From Actinomycetota bacterium (lineage in GTDB: Bacteria; Actinomycetota; Acidimicrobiia; IMCC26256; VFJJ01), in contig VFJJ01000060.1 in the NCBI GenBank assembly GCA_009886115.1, positions 1 to 42,386 of the forward strand: DNA of 42,386 nucleotides, given 5' to 3'. The notes under the pieces are model-generated. The model saw only the letters and a program-made list of their open reading frames with translations. It did not search any database and had not been told where the DNA came from. A program made the position numbers and the translations under genes. This document shows, piece after piece, positions 26,755-36,148 of the stretch (positions are counted from its first letter, which is position 1; every line of letters starts with the position of its first letter).

Positions 26755-27999
26755 GTGACGGCTCGATTCGCGTCCGGCGTGTCGCAGCACCCGACAGCAA
26801 GCGTGGCCACGGGTGAGGCCGCTGGTCAGGTCATCGAGGCGCTCGACGCCGCGGCCCCCGATCTCGTCGTCATCTTCGCCTCGGTCCATCACACCGACGC
26901 GTTCGCCGACATCGTCGCCTCGGTCCGTGAGCTCGTCGGGGCTCGCATCGTCATCGGCGCCACGGCCAACGGGATCGTCGCCGACGCTCGCGAGATCGAG
27001 GACGGGCCGGCCCTGTCCCTGTTCGCGGCGGCTCTCCCGACGACGCACCTCGATCCGATTCACCTGCAGCATTTCCAGGCCCCCGACGGATCGACGTTCG
27101 TGGGTTGGCCCGACGAGACCGGGCCGCGCCGTCGGGTTGACGAGACCGGGCCGCGCCGTCGGGTTGACGAGAACGAGGTCGCGGGCGATGCGGGTCCGAG
27201 CGCGCCGACGAGCACGCTTCTGCTGCTCGCCGACCCGTTCTCGTTCCCTGCCGACGCGTTCCTGGCCCGGCTCAACGTCTCACACCCGGGCCTGGCCGTC
27301 ATCGGCGGCCTGGCGTCTGCCGCTCGGGGCCCCGGTGGCAACCGGCTGGCGGTGCTCGGCCCCGATTCCGACGGCAGCGGCGTCGTCACCGGAGGAGCCG
27401 TCGGCGTGGTGTTGACGGGTGGGGTGGAGATCGCCACGGTGGTCTCGCAGGGATGTCGACCGGTGGGGCGTCCCCTCGCGGTCACCAAGGGCGAGCGTCA
27501 GTGGATCGTGGAGCTGGCCGGTCGCCCTGCTCTCGAACGGCTCCAGGAGGTCGTGGCCGACGCGAGCGACGATGAGCGCGAGCTGTTCCGGGGCGGTGTG
27601 CACATGGGCCGCGTCGTCGACGAGCACAAGCTCGACTTCGAGCGCGGCGATTTCCTCGTCCGCACCGTGCTGGGCGCCGACCAGAGCACCGGGGCCGTCG
27701 CCGTCGGTGACGTCGTCGAGATCGGCCAGACGGTGCAGTTCCACGTTCGCGACGCGGCCTCGGCCGACGACGACCTGCGCACGCTGCTCGAGGGCTGCCA
27801 CGCCCGGGCGGCGCTCGTCTTCACCTGCAACGGGCGAGGTCGCCACCTCTTCGGCGCGCCCGATCACGATGCGGGCATGATCGACGATCTGCTCGGGCCG
27901 CTCCCGGTCGCCGGGTTCTTCTGTGCCGGCGAGCTGGGCCCGATCGGAGGTCGGAACTTCCTCCACGGCTTCACCGCGAGCATCGCGCTGTTCCGCTGA
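26755..27999 (+). CDS. FIST-domain signal-sensing protein (stand-alone)
   Basis: PDLVVIFAS, LLLADPFSF, IGGLAS, VSQGCRPVG, GDFLVR, GQTVQFHVRD, FTCNGRG, GFFCAGELGP..HGFT; SD GGAGG. Confidence 0.92.
   Translation: MTARFASGVSQHPTASVATGEAAGQVIEALDAAAPDLVVIFASVHHTDAFADIVASVRELVGARIVIGATANGIVADAREIEDGPALSLFAAALPTTHLDPIHLQHFQAPDGSTFVGWPDETGPRRRVDETGPRRRVDENEVAGDAGPSAPTSTLLLLADPFSFPADAFLARLNVSHPGLAVIGGLASAARGPGGNRLAVLGPDSDGSGVVTGGAVGVVLTGGVEIATVVSQGCRPVGRPLAVTKGERQWIVELAGRPALERLQEVVADASDDERELFRGGVHMGRVVDEHKLDFERGDFLVRTVLGADQSTGAVAVGDVVEIGQTVQFHVRDAASADDDLRTLLEGCHARAALVFTCNGRGRHLFGAPDHDAGMIDDLLGPLPVAGFFCAGELGPIGGRNFLHGFTASIALFR
27112..27172 (+). repeat. Perfect in-frame 27-bp tandem duplication (DETGPRRRV x2)
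   Basis: GACGAGACCGGGCCGCGCCGTCGGGTT at 27112-27138 and 27139-27165, plus GACGAGA. Confidence 0.92.
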
Positions 28000-28140
28000 C
28001 CGGTCTCTGGCCAACGTGCCGGCCTGCAACACGTGCAGCGTGATGACTGTCACGTCGGAGATTCCGTCGGACGGCGGACGTTCTCGGTACATTCGGAGCC
28101 GTCGAACGCGCCGGACCGGCGAGTCGAAAGCGAGGACCTC

Positions 28141-28542
28141 GTGCAGCGTTGCGCCATCCGTCCCCTCATCGGTCTCCTCTCGGTCGGGCTCGTGCTCGCC
28201 GTCACGGCATGCGGAGGTGACGACGACACCGGTACCCCAGCGGCGCCGGCCACCCTGCCGCCCGGCGCGGTGATCGTGCCCGCGGCCGACATCTCCTTTC
28301 CCGTCACGGAGTTCACCGCGGCCGCAGGCGACGTGACCATCCAGTACGTGAACGATCCCGGCCTGATCGCGCACACGCTCGTGATCGAGGACGTCGAGCG
28401 GTCCGACTTCTACCTCGAGATCTCTGGATCCGGTGACACAGCATCGGGCACCGTCGCCCTCACCGCCGGCACGTACACGATCTTCTGCGACATCCCCGCC
28501 CACCGCAGCGCCGGGATGGAAGGGACGCTGACGATCACGTGA
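28141..28542 (+). CDS. Cupredoxin (type-1 copper) lipoprotein
   Basis: Signal peptide with lipobox VTA|C, His in IAHTL, and C-terminal YTIFCDIPAHRSAGM (Cys, His, Met ligands). Confidence 0.88.
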   Translation: MQRCAIRPLIGLLSVGLVLAVTACGGDDDTGTPAAPATLPPGAVIVPAADISFPVTEFTAAAGDVTIQYVNDPGLIAHTLVIEDVERSDFYLEISGSGDTASGTVALTAGTYTIFCDIPAHRSAGMEGTLTIT

Positions 28543-28729
28543 CGTGTTCGGTCGAACGGAGCCCCGGGCGGTACAGTCGGCCGCAGCCGGGCCACAGTGG
28601 GCGAGCGACCCGAGCCGGCTGCGAGATCCCCCGAGCGAGAGCTGAGCGGACTGTGGTGAGCGCGTCCCCCAGGCGGCAGGATTCAGCAGGGGCCCTCACG
28701 TCGCCCGGCCGACGTTGCCGATGCCGGAC

Positions 28730-29698
28730 ATGAGTGTGCGACCTGCTCCCACGCCAGCCGATGCGGCCGCCGAGGTTGTCGAGACGGCGCCCGTCCGGCC
28801 CGTGCTCGGCGTCGTCGACGGCTCCCCGCTGATCCCCTGGACGACCCGGATCAGCGCCTACTTCTGGCTCACCAAGCCCCGAGTCGTCGAGTTGCTGCTG
28901 GTCACCACGGTGCCGGCCATGATCCTGGCGGCCGGTGGCTGGCCGGGTCTCGGCCTCACCATCGGCGTCGTGATCGGCGGGGCGATGGCCGCTGGCAGCG
29001 CCAATGCGGTCAACAGCTGGATCGAGCGTGACCGCGACAAGTTGATGCACCGCACCGAGTCGCGCCCGTTGCCGACCGGCGCCGTCGAACCCACGATCGC
29101 GCTGATCTTTGCCATCACCCTGCAGGTGGTGGCCTTCGCCGTGCTCTGGCTGGCGGCCAACCTCCTGTGCGCGCTCCTCACCCTCGGCGCAGCGCTGTTC
29201 TACGTGTTCGTGTACACCATCTGGCTCAAGCCGAGGACGGTCCAGAACATCGTGATCGGCGGCGCGGCCGGAGCCGTACCCGTGCTCGCCGGCTGGGCCG
29301 CCGTCACCGGGACGCTCGATGCCTCGGCGTGGGTCATGTTCGCCATCATCTTCTTCTGGACGCCGCCGCACTTCTGGGCGCTGGCCATCAAGTACCGCGA
29401 CGACTACGCCCGGGGCGGCTTCCCGATGATGCCGGTGGTCAAGGGCATCCCTCGCACCACGACCGAGATGCTCGTCTACACGGTGATCGTGGTCGCCACG
29501 ACGCTGGCGCTCGTTCCCGTGGCCGATACGGGCCCGGTGTACCTCGTCGCCTGCTCGGTGCTCGGCGCGGCGTTCATCTTCGTCGCCGTGCGCTTGCGCC
29601 GTCGTCCCGAGCCGGGATCGGCGATCAAGATGTTCGTGTTCTCGAACCTCTACCTGGCGCTGATCTTCTGCGCCATCACCGTCGACACCTTCGTCTGA
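28730..29698 (+). CDS. ctaB: Protoheme IX farnesyltransferase (heme O synthase)
   Basis: LTKPRV, ERDRDKLMHRTESRPLP, YT.WLKPRT..NIVIGGAAG, WTPPHFWAL, DDYA..GFPM; start at 28721 or 28730. Confidence 0.95.
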   Translation: MSVRPAPTPADAAAEVVETAPVRPVLGVVDGSPLIPWTTRISAYFWLTKPRVVELLLVTTVPAMILAAGGWPGLGLTIGVVIGGAMAAGSANAVNSWIERDRDKLMHRTESRPLPTGAVEPTIALIFAITLQVVAFAVLWLAANLLCALLTLGAALFYVFVYTIWLKPRTVQNIVIGGAAGAVPVLAGWAAVTGTLDASAWVMFAIIFFWTPPHFWALAIKYRDDYARGGFPMMPVVKGIPRTTTEMLVYTVIVVATTLALVPVADTGPVYLVACSVLGAAFIFVAVRLRRRPEPGSAIKMFVFSNLYLALIFCAITVDTFV

Positions 29699-29772
29699 GG
29701 ACTCCACCGGCCCGCTCCGCTGGTCCTGAGCGGACGGGCGTCGAACGCCCCGAGAACGCAGAGGACGCCCGA

Positions 29773-30525
29773 TCAGCGCTCTTCCCAGCGGAACAGACGC
29801 GACGTCACGACGGGGGTGGCGATCGTCCAGGCTGCGAGCACGATGAGGCTCCAGCTGGGCACGTCGGCGCCGTCGGTGAGGACGCCACGGAGGCTCTCCG
29901 ACAACGCTGCGCCGGGAAGGGCCTGCGCGACGAGCTCGACGGCCCGGGGCATCTGCTCGAGGGGGTAGGCCATGCCACCAATGGCCGTGAACACGAGATA
30001 CAGGCCGTTGGCCAGGGCCAGGGTCGCTTCGGCTCGGAGCGTGCCGGCCATCAGGAGACCCAGGGACGCGAAGGCGACCGTCCCGGCGACGACGAGCCCG
30101 AGGGCCGGGACGATCCCGGCAGCGTCGGGACGCCAGTCGAGCGCCACCGCTGTGACGACGAGCACCACGATCTGCAGGGCCTCGATGGCCAGGACCGACG
30201 TGATCTTGGCGGCGAGCAGTCGTCCCCGGGTGAGCGGCGATGCTCCCAGGCGTTTCAGCACGCCGTACCGGCGCTCGAAGCCCGTCGCGATGGCGAGCGA
30301 GACCATCGCCGACGACATCACGGCCAGCGCGAGCACGCCCGGGGTGAGGAACTCGACCGGGGTCTCGACGCCGAGGTCGACGAAGTCGGCCTTCGAGAAG
30401 AAAGCCAGGATCCCGACCGGGATCACCAGGGCCACGAGGAGGCTCTCGCCCCGCCGCAAGGTGAGCGCCAGCTCGACGCGAACCTGCGCCAGGACCGACC
30501 GGGTCATCGACGCCGACGCGCTCAC
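29773..30525 (-). CDS. ABC-2 type transporter permease
   Basis: Six hydrophobic segments, GFERRYGVLKRLGASPL, GTLRAEATLALAN, FRWE end; overlaps the ATPase stop. Confidence 0.9.
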   Translation of the reverse strand: MSASASMTRSVLAQVRVELALTLRRGESLLVALVIPVGILAFFSKADFVDLGVETPVEFLTPGVLALAVMSSAMVSLAIATGFERRYGVLKRLGASPLTRGRLLAAKITSVLAIEALQIVVLVVTAVALDWRPDAAGIVPALGLVVAGTVAFASLGLLMAGTLRAEATLALANGLYLVFTAIGGMAYPLEQMPRAVELVAQALPGAALSESLRGVLTDGADVPSWSLIVLAAWTIATPVVTSRLFRWEER

Positions 30526-31451
30526 TTGAGCGCCCCGTCGTTGGTGAGACGGAGGAAGACCTCTTCGAGCGTGCGCCGTCCCGCCCGGAGATCGCCGATC
30601 GGCTCGTCGCGGTCGCGCAGCCAGCAGGCCAGGTCGGCGACCAACGCCGGGGTGGCCTCGGCCACGATGCGGTACTGCCCGGGCTCGTCCTCGACGATCG
30701 CATCGACGGCCATTGCCAGCGCACCGGCCAGCGAGTCGCGATCGAGCCCCGGACGGGCCGAGAAGCGCGTCTCGCTCGAGGCCAGACCGGCCCCGAGCTC
30801 GCCCGGGGCGCCCAGGGCCACGAGGCGACCCTGATCGACGATCGCCACCCGGTCGCAGAGCCGTTCGGCCTCGTCCATGAAGTGCGTCGTGAGCAACACG
30901 GTGGCGCCGCCGTCGGCCAGGCTGCGCACGAGCTCCCAGGTCCGGGTACGAGCGTGGGGATCCATCCCGGCGGTCGGCTCGTCGAGGAAGACGAGCTCGG
31001 GACGGCCGACGAGTGCGAGGGCGAGCGCCAGGCGTTGACGTTGGCCGCCCGAGAGGCGACGCACATGGCTCGAGGCCACGTCGGTGAGGCCCACGAGCTC
31101 GAGCAGACCCTCGGGCGACTCGGGCTCGGCGAAGAACCCGGCGTACTGGCGCAGCACCTCATGGGCCTTGATCCCGGGGTACAGCCCGCCGTCTTGGAGC
31201 ATGACGCCGACGCGGGGCTTGAGCGCGCGCCCGTCACGCCACGGATCGAGCCCCAGGACCTGTACCGACCCCGCGTCGGGCCGGCGGAAGCCCTCGAGGA
31301 TCTCGACCGTCGTCGTCTTGCCGGCGCCGTTGGGTCCGAGCAGACCGAACACCTCGCCGGGCGCGACCGTGAACGACAGGTCGTCGACGACGGCCCGTTC
31401 TCCGTAGCGTTTGGAGAGGTGATCGACGACCACCGCCGCCTCGACCGGCAC
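30522..31451 (-). CDS. ABC transporter ATP-binding protein
   Basis: GPNGAGKTT, LSGGQ, FLDEPTAG, TTH; GTG 31451 lies 8 nt after TACGCT (leaderless pattern). Confidence 0.93.
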   Translation of the reverse strand: MPVEAAVVVDHLSKRYGERAVVDDLSFTVAPGEVFGLLGPNGAGKTTTVEILEGFRRPDAGSVQVLGLDPWRDGRALKPRVGVMLQDGGLYPGIKAHEVLRQYAGFFAEPESPEGLLELVGLTDVASSHVRRLSGGQRQRLALALALVGRPELVFLDEPTAGMDPHARTRTWELVRSLADGGATVLLTTHFMDEAERLCDRVAIVDQGRLVALGAPGELGAGLASSETRFSARPGLDRDSLAGALAMAVDAIVEDEPGQYRIVAEATPALVADLACWLRDRDEPIGDLRAGRRTLEEVFLRLTNDGALK

Positions 31452-31585
31452 GGCCGGGGAGCGTAGCCAGCTCGACGCCACAACCTCGTTCTGTGTCTCC
31501 ACGACCTCAACAGGGCCTGGAAACCACGCGTCACCCGACCGGAGCGGCCGCGCCGGCCATCGGTGAACCGGGGTAGGTTCTCGCC

Positions 31586-32206
31586 ATGACAGATCGAGCT
31601 GGAGCCCATCGGCTGCTGAGCGTCGGCCGGGCCCTGTCCGACATCACGATCCTCGACGCCCACGGCACCCCGGTGGACGTGGCCTCGTTGGCTCGGCCCG
31701 GCCAGGCGCTCGTGGTCGTTGCCATCAGGTACTACGGCTGAATCCCCTGCCAGGAGTACCTCGTGCAGGTACGCCACCGGGCAGCCGAGCTCATCGAGAC
31801 CGGCGCGAGCGTCGCGGTCGTCGCGACCGGGGCCGACTGGCAGGCCCAGCGCCTCATCGACGACGGGTTCCCCTTCCCGTGCCTGGTCGATCCCGACGCC
31901 CGGCTGTACGAGGCCATGGGCATCACGCGCCTCACCTGGCGTTCGGTGTTCAACCTCCGCAACTGGCGGAACTACCTCCGGGCCCGGCGAGCCGCTCGCC
32001 ACGATGGGATCGGCCAAGGCGAGGTCACCGGAGACTGGAAGCGGCTCTCGGGCGTGCTCGTGGTCGACGGCGCCGGCGTCGTCCGCTTCATCCACCGGGC
32101 CCGCGCGCTGGGCGACTATCCCCCGGTGAGCGAACTCATCGACACCGTTGTTCGTCTCGACGAGCGCGCCACCCGCAGAACCGGATGGGAGGAACGGGAA
32201 CGGTAA
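31586..32206 (+). CDS. Probable selenoprotein, AhpC/TSA (peroxiredoxin-like) thioredoxin-fold protein with U-x-x-C motif
   Basis: ATG 31586 reads MTDRAGAH...LVVVAIRYYG-TGA(31739)-IPCQEYLVQ and continues in frame into ORF 31763..32206. The TGA sits at the first Cys position of the family R-x-x-G-C-x-x-C motif and a SECIS-like hairpin follows. Confidence 0.8.
31747..31784 (+). promoter_or_regulatory. Bacterial SECIS-like stem-loop
   Basis: Upper stem GTACCT/AGGTAC (31756-61, 31767-72) with loop CGTGC starting 20 nt after the TGA; lower stem CTGCC/GGCAG. Confidence 0.7.
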
Positions 32207-32242
32207 GGTACGCCGCCCGAGCGACGCGACGACGGAGTCCCC

Positions 32243-33235
32243 ATGGAACTACGCCCCACCATTCCAGACCGCAACCTGGCGATGGAGCTCGTCAGGGTCA
32301 CCGAGGCCGCAGCGATGGCGGCCGGGCGCTGGATGGGCCGCGGTGACAAGAACACGGCCGACCGGGCGGCCGTCGACGCCATGCGCACGCTCCTCAACAG
32401 CGTGCAGATGCACGGCGTCGTCGTGATCGGCGAGGGCGAGAAGGACGAGGCGCCCATGCTGTTCAACGGCGAAGAGCTCGGCGACGGCACCGACCCGTCG
32501 TGCGACATCGCCGTCGATCCGATCGACGGGACCACGCTCACCTCGTTGGGCCGTCCCAACGCCGTCTCGGTGATCGCGCTCGCCGAGCGGGGAACCATGT
32601 TCAACCCGGGTCCGTGCGTGTACATGGACAAGATCGCCGTGGGCCCCGACGCCGCCGACGTGATCGACATCAACGTACCGGTGATCGACAATCTCCGGGC
32701 CGTCGCCCGGCGCCTCGACCGCAACGTCGCCGACCTCACCGCCGTCATCCTCGACCGCGACCGTCACGCCGGCATCATCAGGGAGTGCCGGGAGGCCGGT
32801 TCCCGTATCCGGCTCATCCCCGACGGTGATGTCGCCGGCGCCATCTCCGTTGCCTGGCCCGACTCGGGTGCCGACATCCTCTTCGGGATCGGCGGCACGC
32901 CCGAAGGGGTGATCGCCGCCTGTGCGCTCAAGTGCCTCGGCGGGAACATCCAGGGCAAGCTCTGGCCCCGAAACGACACCGAGCGCCAGGCCGCACTCGA
33001 CGCCGGCTACGACCTCGATGCCGTGCTGACGATCGACACGCTCTGCAGCGGCGACGACATCTTCTTCTCGGCCACCGGGATCACCGACGGCGACCTGCTC
33101 CAGGGCGTGCGCTACTTCGGCGGCGGCGCCACCACCCACTCGCTCGTGATGCGCTCGCGCAGCGGCACGATCCGCAAGATCGAGAGCACGCACCACTGGC
33201 ACAAGGTCCAGCAGTACCCGCCCGTCGTCGTGTGA
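32243..33235 (+). CDS. glpX: Fructose-1,6-bisphosphatase class II
   Basis: [56 protein letters not shown]. Confidence 0.96.
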   Translation: MELRPTIPDRNLAMELVRVTEAAAMAAGRWMGRGDKNTADRAAVDAMRTLLNSVQMHGVVVIGEGEKDEAPMLFNGEELGDGTDPSCDIAVDPIDGTTLTSLGRPNAVSVIALAERGTMFNPGPCVYMDKIAVGPDAADVIDINVPVIDNLRAVARRLDRNVADLTAVILDRDRHAGIIRECREAGSRIRLIPDGDVAGAISVAWPDSGADILFGIGGTPEGVIAACALKCLGGNIQGKLWPRNDTERQAALDAGYDLDAVLTIDTLCSGDDIFFSATGITDGDLLQGVRYFGGGATTHSLVMRSRSGTIRKIESTHHWHKVQQYPPVVV

Positions 33236-33256
33236 CGGCGCGCCCCCGCCGGGCGA

Positions 33257-34171
33257 TCAGCTCGCCGCGGCAGCCGCTTCGTACACATCGACGGCGTGCT
33301 TGTAGTTGGCGGCGATCTGGCCGGCTGCTGTGGCACGGTCGATCTCGCCGGCCCGGAAGGCCGTCAGCGGCTTCGACCAGATGGTCCGGCCGATCGCGAA
33401 CCCGATGTAGCCCGGGACGCCTGCGCCCTGACGGAGCCAGAAGTCGACCTTCTCCTGGCTGGCACCACGTCCGAGCACGACACAGCCGACACCGTCGCGA
33501 CCCCCGGCCCGAGCCTGCGCGGCGAGCCGCGCGCAGTCGTCACGGCTGTCGATGCCCTCGATCTTCCAGATGTCGGCCTCGACGCCAGCCGCTTGGTAGT
33601 GCTTGATGACCTCGACCATGAGGTTGGGACGGATCTCGGCGTCGTAGCGGGCGTCGTCGCCATCGACCGTGGCCAACTGGTCGGCCGTCGCCGGCACGAG
33701 GAGCTCGAACAGGAACTTCCGGTCGTGAGCATGCAGCCAGTCGCCGAGGCGCTTGAGCCGCTCGGTTTGACGGGCGTTCATCCCGGGATCGCCCTCGGGG
33801 TTGTGGCGCACCAGCACCTTCGAGAACACGGGGTCGAATTGCTCGATGTGGACGCCGAAGTCGTCGCCGTACTCGAAGTCGAACTCGTCCTGGCCCGACT
33901 TCTCGACGGGCATCGCCAACGACAGGCCCTTGGCCCGGGCGGTCGCGGGAACGTCGCCGCCGTATTGCTCGTCGACGAGCACACCGGCGCTGACCCGGTC
34001 GATGCCCAGGCCCAGCGAGACCTCGAGACCCTCGAAGATGAGGGCCTTGGCGTCGCGAATGACCGGGAGGCGCTCGGCGTCGGGCTTGCCCGCGACCCCC
34101 AGCATCTTCTCGAACGATCCTCGATGGTCGAACGCGAGGATGTACAGCGCCTTGTTGTATCCGAGCGACAC
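33257..34171 (-). CDS. Stand-alone DUF2090 / LacD-like class I aldolase-fold protein
   Basis: LYILAFDHRGSF, LVDEQYG, PVEKSG, KVLV, FLFELL, DIWKIEG (Schiff-base Lys position), VLGRG, GFAIGRTIW; SD GAGGAG before GTG 34171. Confidence 0.82.
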   Translation of the reverse strand: MSLGYNKALYILAFDHRGSFEKMLGVAGKPDAERLPVIRDAKALIFEGLEVSLGLGIDRVSAGVLVDEQYGGDVPATARAKGLSLAMPVEKSGQDEFDFEYGDDFGVHIEQFDPVFSKVLVRHNPEGDPGMNARQTERLKRLGDWLHAHDRKFLFELLVPATADQLATVDGDDARYDAEIRPNLMVEVIKHYQAAGVEADIWKIEGIDSRDDCARLAAQARAGGRDGVGCVVLGRGASQEKVDFWLRQGAGVPGYIGFAIGRTIWSKPLTAFRAGEIDRATAAGQIAANYKHAVDVYEAAAAAS

Positions 34172-34327
34172 GATCAGTCTCCTCGTCGAGCGGCCGTGAA
34201 CGACCTGCATGAGCGGTGCGGCACGCCTCGACCCGCCTCGACCCGTTCGACGGGTCTGGTGACGCGGCGGCGGCCGAGTGACGCTATCAGCGCCGCTGAA
34301 CCATCTCGGACACGGCACTGGGCCGGA

Positions 34328-35353
34328 TCAGCCGAAGAAGATCTCGGCGGTCTCGTACAGGTCGGGGTCGATGGTCTTGAGCCGATCGGTTGCTTCGTGG
34401 AGGGTCACCAGCTCGATCTTGGTGCCCCGCAGTGCCGGCATGGTGCCCAGCCTTCCGGCGTGGACGGCGTCGATGGCGGCGACGCCGAGGCGTGTGGCCA
34501 GCACCCGGTCGTGGGCGTTGGGGGTGCCACCCCGCTGCACGTGGCCGAGGATCGTCACCCGCGACTCGAACCCCGTCCGGCGCTCGACTTCGCGGCGAAC
34601 CACATTCGAGATCCCCCCCAGTCGCGGACGGCCCGATTCGTCGAGGTCGTACTCGGGCGCGTCGATCGTCCCGGGCCGGGGGAAGGAGCCCTCGGCCACC
34701 ACCACGATCGAGAACGAGGCCCGGGCGTGTCGTTGCCGCAGCCGCTCGCACACCTCGTCGATGTCGAAGGGCCGTTCCGGAACGAGGATCACGTCGGCAC
34801 CCCCGGCCATGCCCGCGTACAGCGCGATCCAGCCCGTGTGCCGGCCCATCACCTCGACCACCATGACCCGGTCGTGCGACTCGGCCGTGGTGTGCAGCCG
34901 GTCGATGGCGTCGGTGGCGATCTGCACTGCCGTCTGGAAGCCGAACGTGACATCCGTGGCATCGATGTCGTTGTCGATGGTCTTGGGCACGCCGACGATC
35001 GGGACGCCCTGGTCGGACAGGATGCGTGCCACCGACAGCGTGCCCTCGCCGCCGATGGCGATGAGCGCGTCGATGCCGCGCCGACCGAGGGTGGCCCGGA
35101 GGATCTCGACCCCGTCGGGCGTGCGGAGCGGCGTGTCGCGGGAGGTGCCCAGCATCGTGCCCCCCCTGTGCAGCATCCCCCGGGTGTTGGCGATGCTGAG
35201 CTCGATGGCCACGTCGTCGAGCGCGCCTCGCCAACCGTTCCTGAACCCCACGAAGGTGTCACCGTGGACGCGTTCTCCCTGGCGGACCACGGCCCGGATC
35301 ACGGCGTTCAGCCCCGGGCAGTCGCCGCCGCCCGTCAACACTCCCACTCGCAC
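34328..35353 (-). CDS. pfkA: 6-phosphofructokinase (actinobacterial type, probably ATP-dependent)
   Basis: VLTGGGDCPGLN, GGTMLGTSR, IGGEGT (Gly at the specificity position), PKTIDND, EVMGRH, LGHVQRGG. Confidence 0.95.
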   Translation of the reverse strand: MRVGVLTGGGDCPGLNAVIRAVVRQGERVHGDTFVGFRNGWRGALDDVAIELSIANTRGMLHRGGTMLGTSRDTPLRTPDGVEILRATLGRRGIDALIAIGGEGTLSVARILSDQGVPIVGVPKTIDNDIDATDVTFGFQTAVQIATDAIDRLHTTAESHDRVMVVEVMGRHTGWIALYAGMAGGADVILVPERPFDIDEVCERLRQRHARASFSIVVVAEGSFPRPGTIDAPEYDLDESGRPRLGGISNVVRREVERRTGFESRVTILGHVQRGGTPNAHDRVLATRLGVAAIDAVHAGRLGTMPALRGTKIELVTLHEATDRLKTIDPDLYETAEIFFG

Positions 35354-35440
35354 CAACCCAGTCTCGCGTACTTCGCCGACAGCAGCGTCGACACTCGGGC
35401 GGGGGTACCCTGGTCTCGACCGAACGACCAGGATCGGAAG

Positions 35441-36148
35441 ATGACCATCACCACCGTGCTGCTCGACTTCTACGGGACCCTGGCCCGAGCCGTCCGTTGG
35501 GGGACCTCGTTCGACGTCATCCTCGAGCGCCACGGCGCGAGCATCTCGGCGCTGGTCCGAGAGCGGTGGACGAGCGACTCGTACGACGGCCACGACCTGT
35601 CGGAGCACTCCGGGTCACGCCAGGCCTACGTGGAATGGGAGCTGGCGCGCTTCGAGCGGCTCGCCGGCGACGCCGGCATCGCACCGGCCCGAGCTCGCGA
35701 CGTGGCCCAGGAGATGTGGGACGCCGCCAAGGGCTACGAGCTCGAGCTCTACGACGACGTGCCCGATGCCCTCGAATCCTTACGCGACAAGGGCTTGCGC
35801 CTCGTGATCTGCTCGAACTGGGACTGGGATCTGCCGGAGGTGATCGAGTCGCTCGGTCTCGCCCCGCACTTCGATGTCGTGGTCACCTCGGCGCGGGCCG
35901 GGTCGCGCAAGCCCCATCCGCAGATCTACCGGCACACGCTCGAACGGGCCGCCGTCGGAGCCGGCGAGGCCGTGTTCGTGGGCGACAGCTGGGGGCCCGA
36001 CGTGGAAGGTCCGCGCGCTGCCGGAATCCGGGCCGTGCACATCGCCCGCACCGACCGCGACCCCGAGCCCAGCTGGCCGGCCCACGACGCCCTGCCGACG
36101 GGCACCCATCGCATCGTCGATCTCGGCGCACTGATCGAGTTGCTCTGA
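35441..36148 (+). CDS. HAD-superfamily hydrolase
   Basis: LLDFYGTL, CSNWD, RKPHP, FVGDSWGPDVEG. Confidence 0.9.
   Translation: MTITTVLLDFYGTLARAVRWGTSFDVILERHGASISALVRERWTSDSYDGHDLSEHSGSRQAYVEWELARFERLAGDAGIAPARARDVAQEMWDAAKGYELELYDDVPDALESLRDKGLRLVICSNWDWDLPEVIESLGLAPHFDVVVTSARAGSRKPHPQIYRHTLERAAVGAGEAVFVGDSWGPDVEGPRAAGIRAVHIARTDRDPEPSWPAHDALPTGTHRIVDLGALIELL

Noticed and set aside
31586..31762. Nonsense pseudogene, or a gene starting at 31763
   Set aside because: A start at 31763 removes the redox motif. The only interruption is a TGA at the catalytic Cys position followed by a SECIS-like hairpin, so recoding is the better explanation, pending a check for Sec machinery.
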